From NCBI GenBank assembly GCA_963718665.1, contig OY970359.1:1408001-1472000 (forward strand): a stretch of 64,000 nt of DNA, written 5' to 3'. Shown here piece after piece: positions 50,488 to 59,592 of the stretch. The notes below the pieces were generated by a model. The model worked only from the letters and a program-made list of their open reading frames with translations. It made no database searches and was not told the origin of the DNA. Position numbers and translations under genes: made by a program. The DNA comes from an uncultured Phycisphaerales bacterium (GTDB lineage: Bacteria > Planctomycetota > Phycisphaerae > Sedimentisphaerales > Anaerobacaceae). Numbering within the stretch: the first letter of the stretch is position 1; the number at the start of each line of letters is the position of its first letter.

Positions 50488-50898
50488 CTATGGGTAAACC
50501 TTGTCGGGGTCGAAGACCTTTTCGGCGACGAATTCGAGCTGTTCGGCTGTTCCTTTTTTCACTGCGCGGTAGAAGCAGGATTGGTAGCCATTGTGACACT
50601 GGCCTGAATCGACGGTAACTTTAAGAACGATGCAATCCTGGTCGCAATCGATGAGGATTTGGCTGACCTTCTGGACGTGGCCCGATTGTTCGCCTTTTTT
50701 CCAGAGCTTTTTTCGAGACCTGCTGTAATAAGTTCCACAGCCGGTTTTGATGGTGTAGTCGAGGGCCTCTCGGTTCATATAGGCGACCATCAGGATTTCG
50801 CCCGTTTTGGCGTCCTGTGCGATGGCGGGAATAAGGCCATTCGCGTCGAATTTCGGCGTCAGTTGTGTGCCCAGTTCTATTGTTTTGTCGGCAGCCAC
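50488..50898 (-). CDS. hisI: Phosphoribosyl-AMP cyclohydrolase
   Basis: GLIPAIAQD, YYSRSR..LWKKGEQSG, DCDQD, CHNGYQSCFY. Confidence 0.95.
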   Translation of the reverse strand: MAADKTIELGTQLTPKFDANGLIPAIAQDAKTGEILMVAYMNREALDYTIKTGCGTYYSRSRKKLWKKGEQSGHVQKVSQILIDCDQDCIVLKVTVDSGQCHNGYQSCFYRAVKKGTAEQLEFVAEKVFDPDKVYP

Positions 50899-50999
50899 GT
50901 TTATTTCTCCTTCAATTTGCTCAATATGTAAATCTTGCCGGAAAGGGTTTTAACCGTTATCATCTTCTAAAACAAGTGTTTTACGCTGAAAGCAGATAA

Positions 51000-52010
51000 A
51001 TGGGCGAGCAAAAAAAGACCGCAACACAAAAACTGTTCTTTTTTCTGCGAATCGGGTTTGTAATAGCCGCGATAGTTGCGGTAACCATCTGGGTATCGCA
51101 GAACAGCCGATACGTGATTTTAGGCAGCAGTTTCGCGAAGATGGGGCCGTGGTTTTTCGCCGGGATAGTTGTGGCGTTTGTCGTAAGCCAGGCAATTTTA
51201 GCGTCGCGGTGGTGGCTGCTGCTGCGAACACAGGGGATTCGCATTAGTATCTGGGCGGCAATTCGGCTGCATTTTCTGGGGCTTTTTTATAATAACGCGA
51301 TGCCTGGCTCGGTCGGCGGCGATTTGATTCGGGCGTGGTATGTTACCAAGCACACAGAGAAGAAATTCGAAGCCGTGCTGAGCATATTTGTTGATAGGTT
51401 CGTCGGACTGTTAAGCTCTTTGATAATGGCGGGTTTTTGCTATTTCGTTTTGCTGCGGGGCGTAAACCTTGGGATAAGCCAAAAGGCGGCATCAGGCATT
51501 TTGAAGTGGGCAGTGATTGCTGTCGCGGCGCTGGCAATTTTAGTCGCAGCGATACCGGCGGGAAGAAAACTGGCGGCAAAAGTGTTTCAGCACTTCGTAA
51601 CGTTTGCCAAAAAGCTCTGGACGGCAGCGGTCCTGTATGGCAGCAACCCGTTGACCATACTTGCGACCTTCGGGCTTACATTTTTACTTCAGGGAATAGT
51701 CATAACGGGTTTCTGGTTGATTGGCCGACAGATAGGTATAGAAGCGGGGTTGAAATACTATTTCGTATTTTTCCCGCTGACCTGGGGTCTCGGCGCGATA
51801 CCCGTGAGCGTCGGCGGAGCGGGGGTTGTTGAAGGAGGGCTTGCGGGGCTGTTTGTGCTGGCTGGGGTGGGAGCAGAGCAGGCGCTGGCGATTGCGCTTT
51901 GTCAGCGGGCGGTGTGGATAGTCGCGGCTCTTCCTGCGCCTGGATACACTGGACGGGCAGGCATTTGCCGAAAGAGATGCAAATTGAGCCAGGCGAGAAT
52001 TGATGTTTAA
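51000..52010 (+). CDS. Lysylphosphatidylglycerol-synthase TM-domain (UPF0104/flippase-like) protein; probable 1-nt frameshift near 51936
   Basis: RWWLLL, GLFYNNAMPGSVGGD..R, DRFVG, IPVSVGGAGVVE. Adding one G gives LPGAWIHWTGRHLPKEMQIEPGEN*. Confidence 0.8.
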   Translation: MGEQKKTATQKLFFFLRIGFVIAAIVAVTIWVSQNSRYVILGSSFAKMGPWFFAGIVVAFVVSQAILASRWWLLLRTQGIRISIWAAIRLHFLGLFYNNAMPGSVGGDLIRAWYVTKHTEKKFEAVLSIFVDRFVGLLSSLIMAGFCYFVLLRGVNLGISQKAASGILKWAVIAVAALAILVAAIPAGRKLAAKVFQHFVTFAKKLWTAAVLYGSNPLTILATFGLTFLLQGIVITGFWLIGRQIGIEAGLKYYFVFFPLTWGLGAIPVSVGGAGVVEGGLAGLFVLAGVGAEQALAIALCQRAVWIVAALPAPGYTGRAGICRKRCKLSQARIDV

Positions 52011-52035
52011 TACAGGCGAGAATTGATATTTGATA
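51990..52035. repeat. 23-bp tandem duplication
   Basis: CAGGCGAGAATTGATGTTTAATA / CAGGCGAGAATTGATATTTGATA. Confidence 0.7.
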
Positions 52036-52060
52036 ATTAACAAAAGGGAAGCGAGCAAGT

Positions 52061-52747
52061 ATGGCAAAGGGGCGATTCAGGGGATATTTTTTACGCGGGC
52101 TTGGGGTATTGCTGCCGACGGTTCTGACGATATGGCTGATTTTGTGGGGGTTTAACTTTATCAATGATAAAATCAGCGTTCATATAAAACATCTCATAAT
52201 TTTTGGGATAAAGCTGGCCGGGGGGTCGGAGGCAACGCTGGCGAATTTCTGGATTAGCTGGTTTCTGTCGATAGCCGGGTTTTTGATTGCACTGGGAATC
52301 GTGTACATAGTGGGAATCATGTTTGCCAGTGTGCTGGGCAGGGGTATTTGGCAATATATAGAACGACTGATGGCGAACATTCCCCTGTTAAAACAGATAT
52401 ATCCCTATATCAAGCAAATGACGGATTTCTTCTTCAAGCAGGAAGAAACCAAAAAAATATTTTCAAGGGTGGTTGCCGTCGAGTATCCACGCAAAGGAAT
52501 CTGGTCGGTAGGGTATGTTACGGGCAGCGGCATAAAAAAAATTGTTGAGGGGCAGAACAAGGAGTTTGTTACGGTCCTGATACCCACTGCACCGACGCCC
52601 TTTGGCGGTTTTCTAATAATTGTTCCGAAAGAAGAAGTCGTGGATTTGGATATGTCAATCGAAGAGGCGTTGAGGTTTATACTCAGCGCCGGGGTGATAG
52701 TTCCCGGCGAACAAAACGCTGCCCAATCGCCCGCCGGAAGTGAGTAG
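52061..52747 (+). CDS. DUF502 family membrane protein
   Basis: FLRGL.VLLP..T, IPLLKQIY, VEYPRKGIW, IPTAPTP.GG, MSIEEA.RFI.SAG. Confidence 0.85.
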   Translation: MAKGRFRGYFLRGLGVLLPTVLTIWLILWGFNFINDKISVHIKHLIIFGIKLAGGSEATLANFWISWFLSIAGFLIALGIVYIVGIMFASVLGRGIWQYIERLMANIPLLKQIYPYIKQMTDFFFKQEETKKIFSRVVAVEYPRKGIWSVGYVTGSGIKKIVEGQNKEFVTVLIPTAPTPFGGFLIIVPKEEVVDLDMSIEEALRFILSAGVIVPGEQNAAQSPAGSE

Positions 52748-52843
52748 ATTATGCGTGAAATCGGGAAGGGCTTGTGTATAATAAGCTGGCCGGCAGGGGC
52801 CGGGTTATAAGCTATTTAATTGTAAGTGAAAAGGAGAACCGCC

Positions 52844-53167
52844 TTGTTATTCAGGATTAGCGGCAAACACACTGAGGTTCCGGAAAGCGTAAAAAGCTAT
52901 GCCGAGGAAAAAACCGACAAGTTGCCCAAATTTTACGACGTCATCAACCAAATCGAGGTCATTGTTGACGGCAAAGAGGGAAGCAAGGAAGCGGGCAATA
53001 TCGCGGTGGAAATTATCGCCAGGGGAGAACGCAGGAAAATCTTCGTGGTAAAGGAGAAAGGCAACGACGTTTACGCCTGCATCGACCTGGCGGCGCACAA
53101 GCTGGAGCAGCAGCTCAAGAAGACCAAGACCAAAGAGCGGGACGAAAAAAAGCACAGGGCCCGCTAA
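52844..53167 (+). CDS. hpf: Ribosome hibernation promoting factor (RaiA/HPF)
   Basis: ISGKH.EV.E....YAEEK..KL, DVYACIDLAAHKLEQQL.K.K; TTG start after AGGAG. Confidence 0.88.
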   Translation: MLFRISGKHTEVPESVKSYAEEKTDKLPKFYDVINQIEVIVDGKEGSKEAGNIAVEIIARGERRKIFVVKEKGNDVYACIDLAAHKLEQQLKKTKTKERDEKKHRAR

Positions 53168-53236
53168 AATTCTGAGTTTTTCAGCCGATATGATGCAGAC
53201 AATAAAACCTTATGGGTACGTTTTAGGAAATATGGT

Positions 53237-53710
53237 ATGAAGTTTGCGGATTTCGTTTGTTTTGAGGCGGTCATCCCGGAGCTTGAGTCAAAGGACAGGG
53301 ATGGAGCCATAACGGAGCTTGTGGCTGCGCTTGACAAGGCGGGCCGGCTCGGGAAAGGCAACTGCGACAAAATAACGCGCGCCGTAATCAAAAGGGAAAA
53401 CGAGGCAAGCACGGGAATGGGCAAGGGAATAGCCGTTCCTCACGTCAAGCACAAGGCGGTCAAGGACGTCGTCGCCGCGGTGGGCCAGAGCAGCAAAGGC
53501 ATTGATTTCGCCGCGCTGGACAAGCAGCCGGTGTATTCGGTCCTTCTGCTGTTAAGTCCCGCCGAAGACCCCGACAAACACCTGCAGGCAATGGAACAGA
53601 TTTTCAAACACCTTCAGCAGGAAAAATTCCGCAAGTTCCTGAGGCAGTCACAGACGACCGCCCAGATTGAGGACCTGTTGAAGGAGGCGGACGTTAATCC
53701 GTCCCTGTGA
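53237..53710 (+). CDS. ptsN: PTS EIIA (Ntr/fructose-type)
   Basis: RENEASTGMGKGIAVPH, GIDF.ALD..PV, HLQ. Confidence 0.85.
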   Translation: MKFADFVCFEAVIPELESKDRDGAITELVAALDKAGRLGKGNCDKITRAVIKRENEASTGMGKGIAVPHVKHKAVKDVVAAVGQSSKGIDFAALDKQPVYSVLLLLSPAEDPDKHLQAMEQIFKHLQQEKFRKFLRQSQTTAQIEDLLKEADVNPSL

Positions 53711-53757
53711 ATTTTGTGATGCAACCAGGCCGGTGATATCTGAACGGATGCTCAATA

Positions 53758-54069
53758 GTGCAAAATACAGTTTGCGAAATTGAAGTTGAAATAAAAAACG
53801 CGGACGGGCTTCATATGAGGCCCGCGATGCAGTTTGTAGATACGGCCAGCAGGTTTCAGTCGTCGGTAAGCGTCAGCAAGGACGACACAAACGTGGACGG
53901 CAAGAGCATTATGCAAATGAGCATGCTCGCCGCAACGTGCGGAGCGCGGCTGAAAATCAAAGCCGAGGGTGCGGACGCGGCTGAGGCGGTTGAGGCGCTT
54001 CGAGAGCTTGTTGAGGTTAAGAAATTCGGCGAGCCGACACCCGAGGAAAAGAGTAAGCAGGCATGCTGA
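53758..54069 (+). CDS. ptsH: Phosphocarrier protein HPr
   Basis: GLHMRPA (phospho-His), VDGKSIM, AEGADA. Confidence 0.93.
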   Translation: MQNTVCEIEVEIKNADGLHMRPAMQFVDTASRFQSSVSVSKDDTNVDGKSIMQMSMLAATCGARLKIKAEGADAAEAVEALRELVEVKKFGEPTPEEKSKQAC

Positions 54070-54081
54070 TCCCGGTCAACA

Positions 54082-55821
54082 ATGGAAATAAAAAAAGGCG
54101 TAGCCGTTTCGCCGGGAATTTCAATCGGTAAGTGCCTCGTTATCGACGCAGAGGATTACCGGATTCCAAGGCGACTTATTGAGCCGTCGCAGCGACTGAC
54201 GGAAACGCAAAGGGTGCGCAACGTTTTCAAGGACGCCATCGAGGAGCTGACAAAGCTTCAGGCCGAGCAGGAGGAAATCGAAGGGCAGAAGATGAAAGAC
54301 ATCTTCGCGGTTCACCTCAGCTATCTTCGGGACCGCACTCTTCGCAAGAAAATAACCGATATGATAACCGCCGAATCGGTTACGGCTGAATTCGCCGTTT
54401 CCAGTACGCTGCGTGATATTGCCGCTCATTTTGCCAAGGTAAAAGACGCCTACATAAGCGAGCGGGCGGCCGACATATATGACATCGAACACCGGTTACT
54501 GCGACTACTCGTCGGAGGCAAGCGGCAGGATATCGCGGCCCTGAAAGAAGAAGCGGTTGTTGTCGCACGCGAGCTTAGCCCCACGCAAACGGCGAGTTTC
54601 AATAAAGAATACGTCAAGGGCATCGCCACCGGCGCGGGCGGCAGAACAAGTCATACGGCGATTGTCGCAAGGTCGCTGGGTATCCCAGCGGTGGTCGCGG
54701 TGGAAGACATCACCGAAAGCGTAAATGCTGGCGACACCGTTATAATCGACGGCAATCGCGGCATTGTCATAGTAAATCCCGACGACAACACGATACAGCA
54801 ATACCTCGAATACGCCGTCGAATATACCGAGCTGGAACACCGACTTGACGCGATAAGAGAAAAACCCGCCGAGACGCGAGACGGGGTGCGTGTGACGCTG
54901 TTTGGCAATATCGAGTTCCCTGATGAGGCACATGGCGTTCTTGAAAAAGGCGGCGAAGGTATCGGGCTTTATCGAACGGAATTTTTGTATCTTAACCGCG
55001 ATACCGAACCGACGGAGCAGGAGCATTACGAGGCCTACTCCAGGACGGTTGCGGTCTTCAAATCCAGGCCGGTTATATTGAGAACGGTGGACCTGGGAGC
55101 GGATAAATACACGCAGAGCAGACGATACGCCCGCGAGCCGAACCCGTTCCTTGGACTGCGTTCGATACGATATTGTCTTCAAAACCTGACGATGTTCAAA
55201 ACCCAGCTCCACGCCATTATGCGAGCGTCGGTCCTGGGCGACCTTCGGATAATGTTTCCTCTCATAACCAACCTGCAGGAGCTGATGCAGGCCAAAATGG
55301 TCCTCGGCGACGTGATGGAGGACCTCGACGACGAAGGAATCCCGTATAACAGAAAAATCAAGGTCGGTATTATGATTGAGACGCCCGCGGCGGCGCTTAC
55401 AGCGTCGATGCTGGCAAAAGACGTTGAATTTTTCAGTATAGGCACAAACGACCTCACTCAATATACGCTGGCGGTTGACAGGGGTAACGAGCTTGTCTCA
55501 ACGTTATATTCCTCGGTTGACCCCGCGGTCATTCGGCTTATCAGGACGGTGATTCAGGATGCGCACAAGGGGCGTGTGGAGACAAGCGTATGCGGCGAGA
55601 TGGCCTCGGAACCGGAATCCGTGATGCTGCTGCTCGGCCTGGGTATTCGCAAGCTGTCAATCGCCGCGCCGATGATACCTGAAATCAAACAGATTATTCG
55701 CTCAGTCACGGTAGAGGAATGCAATAAAGTCGCCAGAAAGGTTCTGGGGATGAATTCTGAAAGACAAATATCCAGCTTCCTTCGTGACGCGGCCAGAAAG
55801 ATATTACCCGAAGCATTTTGA
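54082..55821 (+). CDS. ptsI: PEP-protein phosphotransferase (enzyme I)
   Basis: GGRTSHTAIVARSLGIP, GIGLYRTEFL, EPNPFLGLRSIR, FSIGTNDLTQY, VCGEMA. Confidence 0.96.
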   Translation: MEIKKGVAVSPGISIGKCLVIDAEDYRIPRRLIEPSQRLTETQRVRNVFKDAIEELTKLQAEQEEIEGQKMKDIFAVHLSYLRDRTLRKKITDMITAESVTAEFAVSSTLRDIAAHFAKVKDAYISERAADIYDIEHRLLRLLVGGKRQDIAALKEEAVVVARELSPTQTASFNKEYVKGIATGAGGRTSHTAIVARSLGIPAVVAVEDITESVNAGDTVIIDGNRGIVIVNPDDNTIQQYLEYAVEYTELEHRLDAIREKPAETRDGVRVTLFGNIEFPDEAHGVLEKGGEGIGLYRTEFLYLNRDTEPTEQEHYEAYSRTVAVFKSRPVILRTVDLGADKYTQSRRYAREPNPFLGLRSIRYCLQNLTMFKTQLHAIMRASVLGDLRIMFPLITNLQELMQAKMVLGDVMEDLDDEGIPYNRKIKVGIMIETPAAALTASMLAKDVEFFSIGTNDLTQYTLAVDRGNELVSTLYSSVDPAVIRLIRTVIQDAHKGRVETSVCGEMASEPESVMLLLGLGIRKLSIAAPMIPEIKQIIRSVTVEECNKVARKVLGMNSERQISSFLRDAARKILPEAF

Positions 55822-56386
55822 CGATTGCCGCCTGAAGCAACTATAATCGACCCCCAACATCCCCCGAAAAACAACAAATTGGCGTCTATAAGCCATTATG
55901 GCGCACCTACTTATATTTTATTTGCGAGTTAAAGACAAAAAACACTTGACAATTCCGTAATAGCGATATAGTTTCGCCTCAGTGAACAGGGCGAAACTAT
56001 TGGAGGTAACGCCATTGAATTACACGCCCCGTATTAGGCGGTGATTTACTGTTTAATTTTGGAGGGTGAGTATGAGCAGATAGCAGGTATCGTGTCGGTC
56101 ACAAAATCTTATTTAGGCAGGTGCTGTTTCCCGGTGGGTGTTATTGGAGAAAAGGTTTTGCGAGCGAGAATAAGGTTAGGGTTGATTATAGTATCAAATA
56201 GTGTAATAAAGGATAAAATGGGCAGGGGAAATAGCCGACCACCTCTATTTGAGCAATTTATTTACTCTTAGTGGAAATATCACCATGAAAAATATTATTC
56301 CTAAGGGCTTATCCATTCCATTCGCGTTCGCCATCAGAGAGCACGAGTGGAATAAACATGAAACCATAGTTAAGAAAGGAAATTGT

Positions 56387-57373
56387 ATGAAAATATTACA
56401 TGTAGCTCCCATAAGTCACTTGAGGATCTTAGCCGTCCTCGTGGCGTGCGCCTTGGCTACGCCCACAAAGGCCGATCCCTTAAACATCTCTGTCAAGAAG
56501 GGGGGAACGGAGAGCGATGCCATCAACTCCAGGGCGACACAACAGAATTTTGATATCCATAATGATACAGGTAAACCCGCTTATGACATTGAGGTCTTGT
56601 GGGAAGACAAGGATGGAAAAACTAAGGCTGGCAAGGTGAAATCGTATAGCGACAACGGCGACGTTGACAACGCAAAAGCCACCAAACGGGCCGGCATGGA
56701 CACGGCTGTGAATGGAGGGCCCAACAATCCCGTCAAATACAAGGTCGGAACTACTGAAAGCACTGGTCAGGGGCATAATCCTGGTGACCGTAGGTTTGAT
56801 CAGCACTGTTGGGGGCAAGATCCAGTGCTTCGGATAACGATCGAATTTGATGCGGCTCCGGAACTAACCGACAAACTTTTCGTGAGTCTTACGGATATAA
56901 ATGCGTCGCTGATAGCGTGCTTGCAAGACCCGTTGACCAATACCTCCGTCGCAACTGCCGCGTCCCTGAATGGGTGCGACTACACCAACGGGCTCGTGTC
57001 GGATTCATTAAACAAGCACTACTACAATTTTTACGACTTGGAGGACAACAACGGTTTCGTCTCGCTTACTGTCCCGACCAGTTCCAGCCATACTTTGCTG
57101 GAACTACTTGACATGGATGGGGCGACGGTTCTGACGTCAGCGACGGGTTCAACGAGCCTGACGTTGAACCAAGTGTTGGGTAGCCACGGCACCTATTACG
57201 TGCGCGTGAGCAATCCCATCGAATCGGCGACTTATTCTTTATACCAATCAATCGCCTATACGGAAGGGGGCATTCCTACCATTTCTGAATGGGGTCTGGT
57301 TGGAATGGCGGGAGCACTGTTGACGGCAGGGGCTATTGTGATTATGCGGCGAAAGAGGACGGTATCGGCGTAA
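56387..57373 (+). CDS. Exported protein with IPTL-CTERM sorting signal
   Basis: Signal peptide after AAGGA RBS; PPC-like GTYYVRVS domain; C-terminal IPTISEWG, TM helix, then RRKR. Confidence 0.88.
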   Translation: MKILHVAPISHLRILAVLVACALATPTKADPLNISVKKGGTESDAINSRATQQNFDIHNDTGKPAYDIEVLWEDKDGKTKAGKVKSYSDNGDVDNAKATKRAGMDTAVNGGPNNPVKYKVGTTESTGQGHNPGDRRFDQHCWGQDPVLRITIEFDAAPELTDKLFVSLTDINASLIACLQDPLTNTSVATAASLNGCDYTNGLVSDSLNKHYYNFYDLEDNNGFVSLTVPTSSSHTLLELLDMDGATVLTSATGSTSLTLNQVLGSHGTYYVRVSNPIESATYSLYQSIAYTEGGIPTISEWGLVGMAGALLTAGAIVIMRRKRTVSA

Positions 57374-57422
57374 ATAAAGTAGACATATAACGACCCAACA
57401 ATTCGGTAAGTGAGAAACAAAG

Positions 57423-58028
57423 ATGCGGCAGTCGCGGATGGAACGATATGCTCGGCAGGGGAAAAACAGAGCGAGAAGAAACTGGAAGGATACCAGAACG
57501 AGTTCATGGTTCGCCGAGCGGAAGGGAGTATTTGTTTTTTTTGTGATTTTCGGAATTCTAATGGGTGGGTTTTACATCTTCATGTGTTTTGTGCCGGTTT
57601 ATAACGGGACTGCTTTGCCTGCATATCATCATTTAATTGCAGGAATATCGGCTAAGGCGTTGTCTTTTTTGGGAGAAAATGCGACGGCTACAGAAGCACG
57701 CATCTTTTCGCCGCGATTTTCGGTGCAGATAAAACCCGGCTGTGACGCGGTCGAGGCGACGGCGTTATTTGTTTGTGCAGTTCTTGCATTTCCGGCGAGC
57801 TTTTCGCGAAAAGCAGCGGGGATTATAGGCGGGGTATTTGCACTGGCGGTCCTGAATCTTGTGAGAGTTGCAAGTTTATTTCTTATAGGGGTTCATTTGC
57901 CGGGTATTTTTAGCGTTATGCACATCGAGGTTTGGCAGGGGTTGTTCATAATTTTCGCCGTTATGCTGTGGGTGTTATGGCTCGTATGGATAGTGCAAAA
58001 TCCAGTTTATATAAAGACAAACCTCTAA
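57423..58028 (+). CDS. xrtH: Exosortase H-like protein (exosortase/archaeosortase family)
   Basis: Catalytic Cys-Arg-His: PGCDAVE, NLVRV, MHIEVWQ; adjacent to an IPTL-CTERM gene. Confidence 0.85.
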   Translation: MRQSRMERYARQGKNRARRNWKDTRTSSWFAERKGVFVFFVIFGILMGGFYIFMCFVPVYNGTALPAYHHLIAGISAKALSFLGENATATEARIFSPRFSVQIKPGCDAVEATALFVCAVLAFPASFSRKAAGIIGGVFALAVLNLVRVASLFLIGVHLPGIFSVMHIEVWQGLFIIFAVMLWVLWLVWIVQNPVYIKTNL

Positions 58029-58672
58029 AAGCCAAACAGGCCATAAGGGGGCTTCTCGTATTCGCGGCTATATATTGCCTGCTTTTGGCCTGCTGGCCCG
58101 TAGTGGGAAAAGTTTATTCGCGGATGCACCGTTTAGGCGCCACTTTTTTGTTCGGGTCGTTTGGGACAAACGGTGTGGTTCGCTTCGGAGAATGTAACGT
58201 CAAAGGTTTTGACACGGAAATTACCCTTTATAATTTCGGGCGAGCAACCAAAAGCGGGGTAGCCAAAAAGGGCTGGAGTTACAAGTGCCGGCGCACGGAT
58301 TATATGTACGTGGTTTTTCTAATAGCATTGATTGTGGCCACGCCGATATCGGTCAGGCGAAAGCTGCCGGCTTTGGTGTCAGGGATTCTGCTGATATACT
58401 GTTTCATAGCCGCAAAACTGGCTGCGTGGGTTATCGATAGCTTCAGCAAAGAGCCGCTTTGTCTGTTTTCGATAAGTCCTTTTTGGGAGAAAGGATTCTA
58501 TGTGTTCTATAATCTTATGCAGGATATAACTTTTGGTTTCGTGGCGGCGGCTTTTATATGGATTTTGGTATCATTTCGGCGGGAGGATTGGGCAAATATC
58601 GTTTCGGGAGAGCAGAAATCGGTTCGGATACCTTTGCGGCCGGTTGCGAAGGCAAAAATGGGACGAGCGTAA
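57986..58672 (+). CDS. Exosortase-associated membrane protein
   Basis: Hydrophobic, LIALIVATP motif, overlaps xrtH; no obvious catalytic triad. Confidence 0.65.
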   Translation: MDSAKSSLYKDKPLKAKQAIRGLLVFAAIYCLLLACWPVVGKVYSRMHRLGATFLFGSFGTNGVVRFGECNVKGFDTEITLYNFGRATKSGVAKKGWSYKCRRTDYMYVVFLIALIVATPISVRRKLPALVSGILLIYCFIAAKLAAWVIDSFSKEPLCLFSISPFWEKGFYVFYNLMQDITFGFVAAAFIWILVSFRREDWANIVSGEQKSVRIPLRPVAKAKMGRA

Positions 58673-58805
58673 GCCAATTATCCGCGTTGTGGTTTGGCTG
58701 AAAAATCCTTGTTTTCAACCACGATTGGGGGATAATGAAGGGATTGTCGCACCCGTTTTGTATTATCAACGTTGATAAGGAGATGAGACCATAACCGGCT
58801 CGAAC

Positions 58806-59528
58806 ATGCAGGGCGATAGCAGCACTGGACGTGTGTGTGCGCTCGTCAAATTCCGAATAGGAGGGAGTTTGCGATTTTTGTCGCACGCGGAGACGATACG
58901 CGTTTTCCAGCGGGCCTGTGTGCGGGCGGGGGTGCAAATCGCGTATAGCCAGGGGTTTAATCCGCATCAGCGAATGTCGCTTGTTCCGCCTCGAAGCGTC
59001 GGGGTCGAATCAGATGATGACCTGCTATGCCTGTGGCTCAAGGAGGGCCAGACGGACCCCGTTAGAAAGAATCGTAATACAGAAATTTCCAATAAATCGC
59101 AGATTTCTAACGGGGCGGGGATTGACGCCGAAGCGCTGAAAAGTGTGCTGCCGGCCGGCATAGAAATCATTTCAGCAGAGGCCAGCGAGGCAAAAAATAT
59201 CCCTGAGCCGATTTCAGCAAGATATGTAATGAAGGTACAGGGACAGAAAATAGATGACGGAATCAGAAAACATATTTCAGAGATATTGGCAGGCGAAAAA
59301 GTTATAGTGAACCGGCGAACAGGCGAGGATGGATGGACCAAACCTGTTGATGTAAGGCCTTTTCTGGAAACAATCAAAGCCCAGGCGCAAGAATTTACAG
59401 TTGACTGCAAGATCAGTCCGGCGGGCACGATACGCGTTGACGAAATTCTCGGTTTGCTGCAATTGAAAACCGCGGATTTAACCGGACCGGTCAGGCGGAC
59501 AAACGTGAAATACACTGACAGACACTGA
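58806..59528 (+). CDS. Radical SAM-linked protein (DUF2344/TIGR03936-type) carrying an in-frame palindromic insert
   Basis: LRFLSHAE..RVFQRA..RAG..IAYSQGFNPH..SVGVES, VDVRPF; located upstream of RNase G/E. Confidence 0.85.
   Translation: MQGDSSTGRVCALVKFRIGGSLRFLSHAETIRVFQRACVRAGVQIAYSQGFNPHQRMSLVPPRSVGVESDDDLLCLWLKEGQTDPVRKNRNTEISNKSQISNGAGIDAEALKSVLPAGIEIISAEASEAKNIPEPISARYVMKVQGQKIDDGIRKHISEILAGEKVIVNRRTGEDGWTKPVDVRPFLETIKAQAQEFTVDCKISPAGTIRVDEILGLLQLKTADLTGPVRRTNVKYTDRH
59057..59115. mobile_element. Miniature palindromic element, copy 1 (inside CDS)
   Basis: Terminal inverted repeats CCCCGTTAGAAA...TTTCTAACGGGG; near-identical copy at 62262-62316. Confidence 0.85.
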
Positions 59529-59551
59529 CTTAAACACTGACAAACACCGAC
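59513..59551. repeat. Short CACTGAC tandem repeat
   Basis: cactgacaga-cactgacttaaa-cactgacaaa-caccgac at the 3' end of the DUF2344-type gene. Confidence 0.6.
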
Positions 59552-59592
59552 GTAAACAATGAAAAACATTGATACTATGTGAGAAGAGACAA

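Noticed and set aside
54505..55461. 318-aa antisense ORF within ptsI, and similar shadow ORFs such as 2530-3180, 30706-31314 and 58967-59599
   Set aside because: Overlap well-supported genes on the other strand and have no recognisable motifs
55985..56055. c-di-GMP-I riboswitch (ACAGGGCGAAAC start resembles it)
   Set aside because: Lacks the downstream GACGCAAA and tetraloop-receptor elements; kept only as an unexplained structured leader
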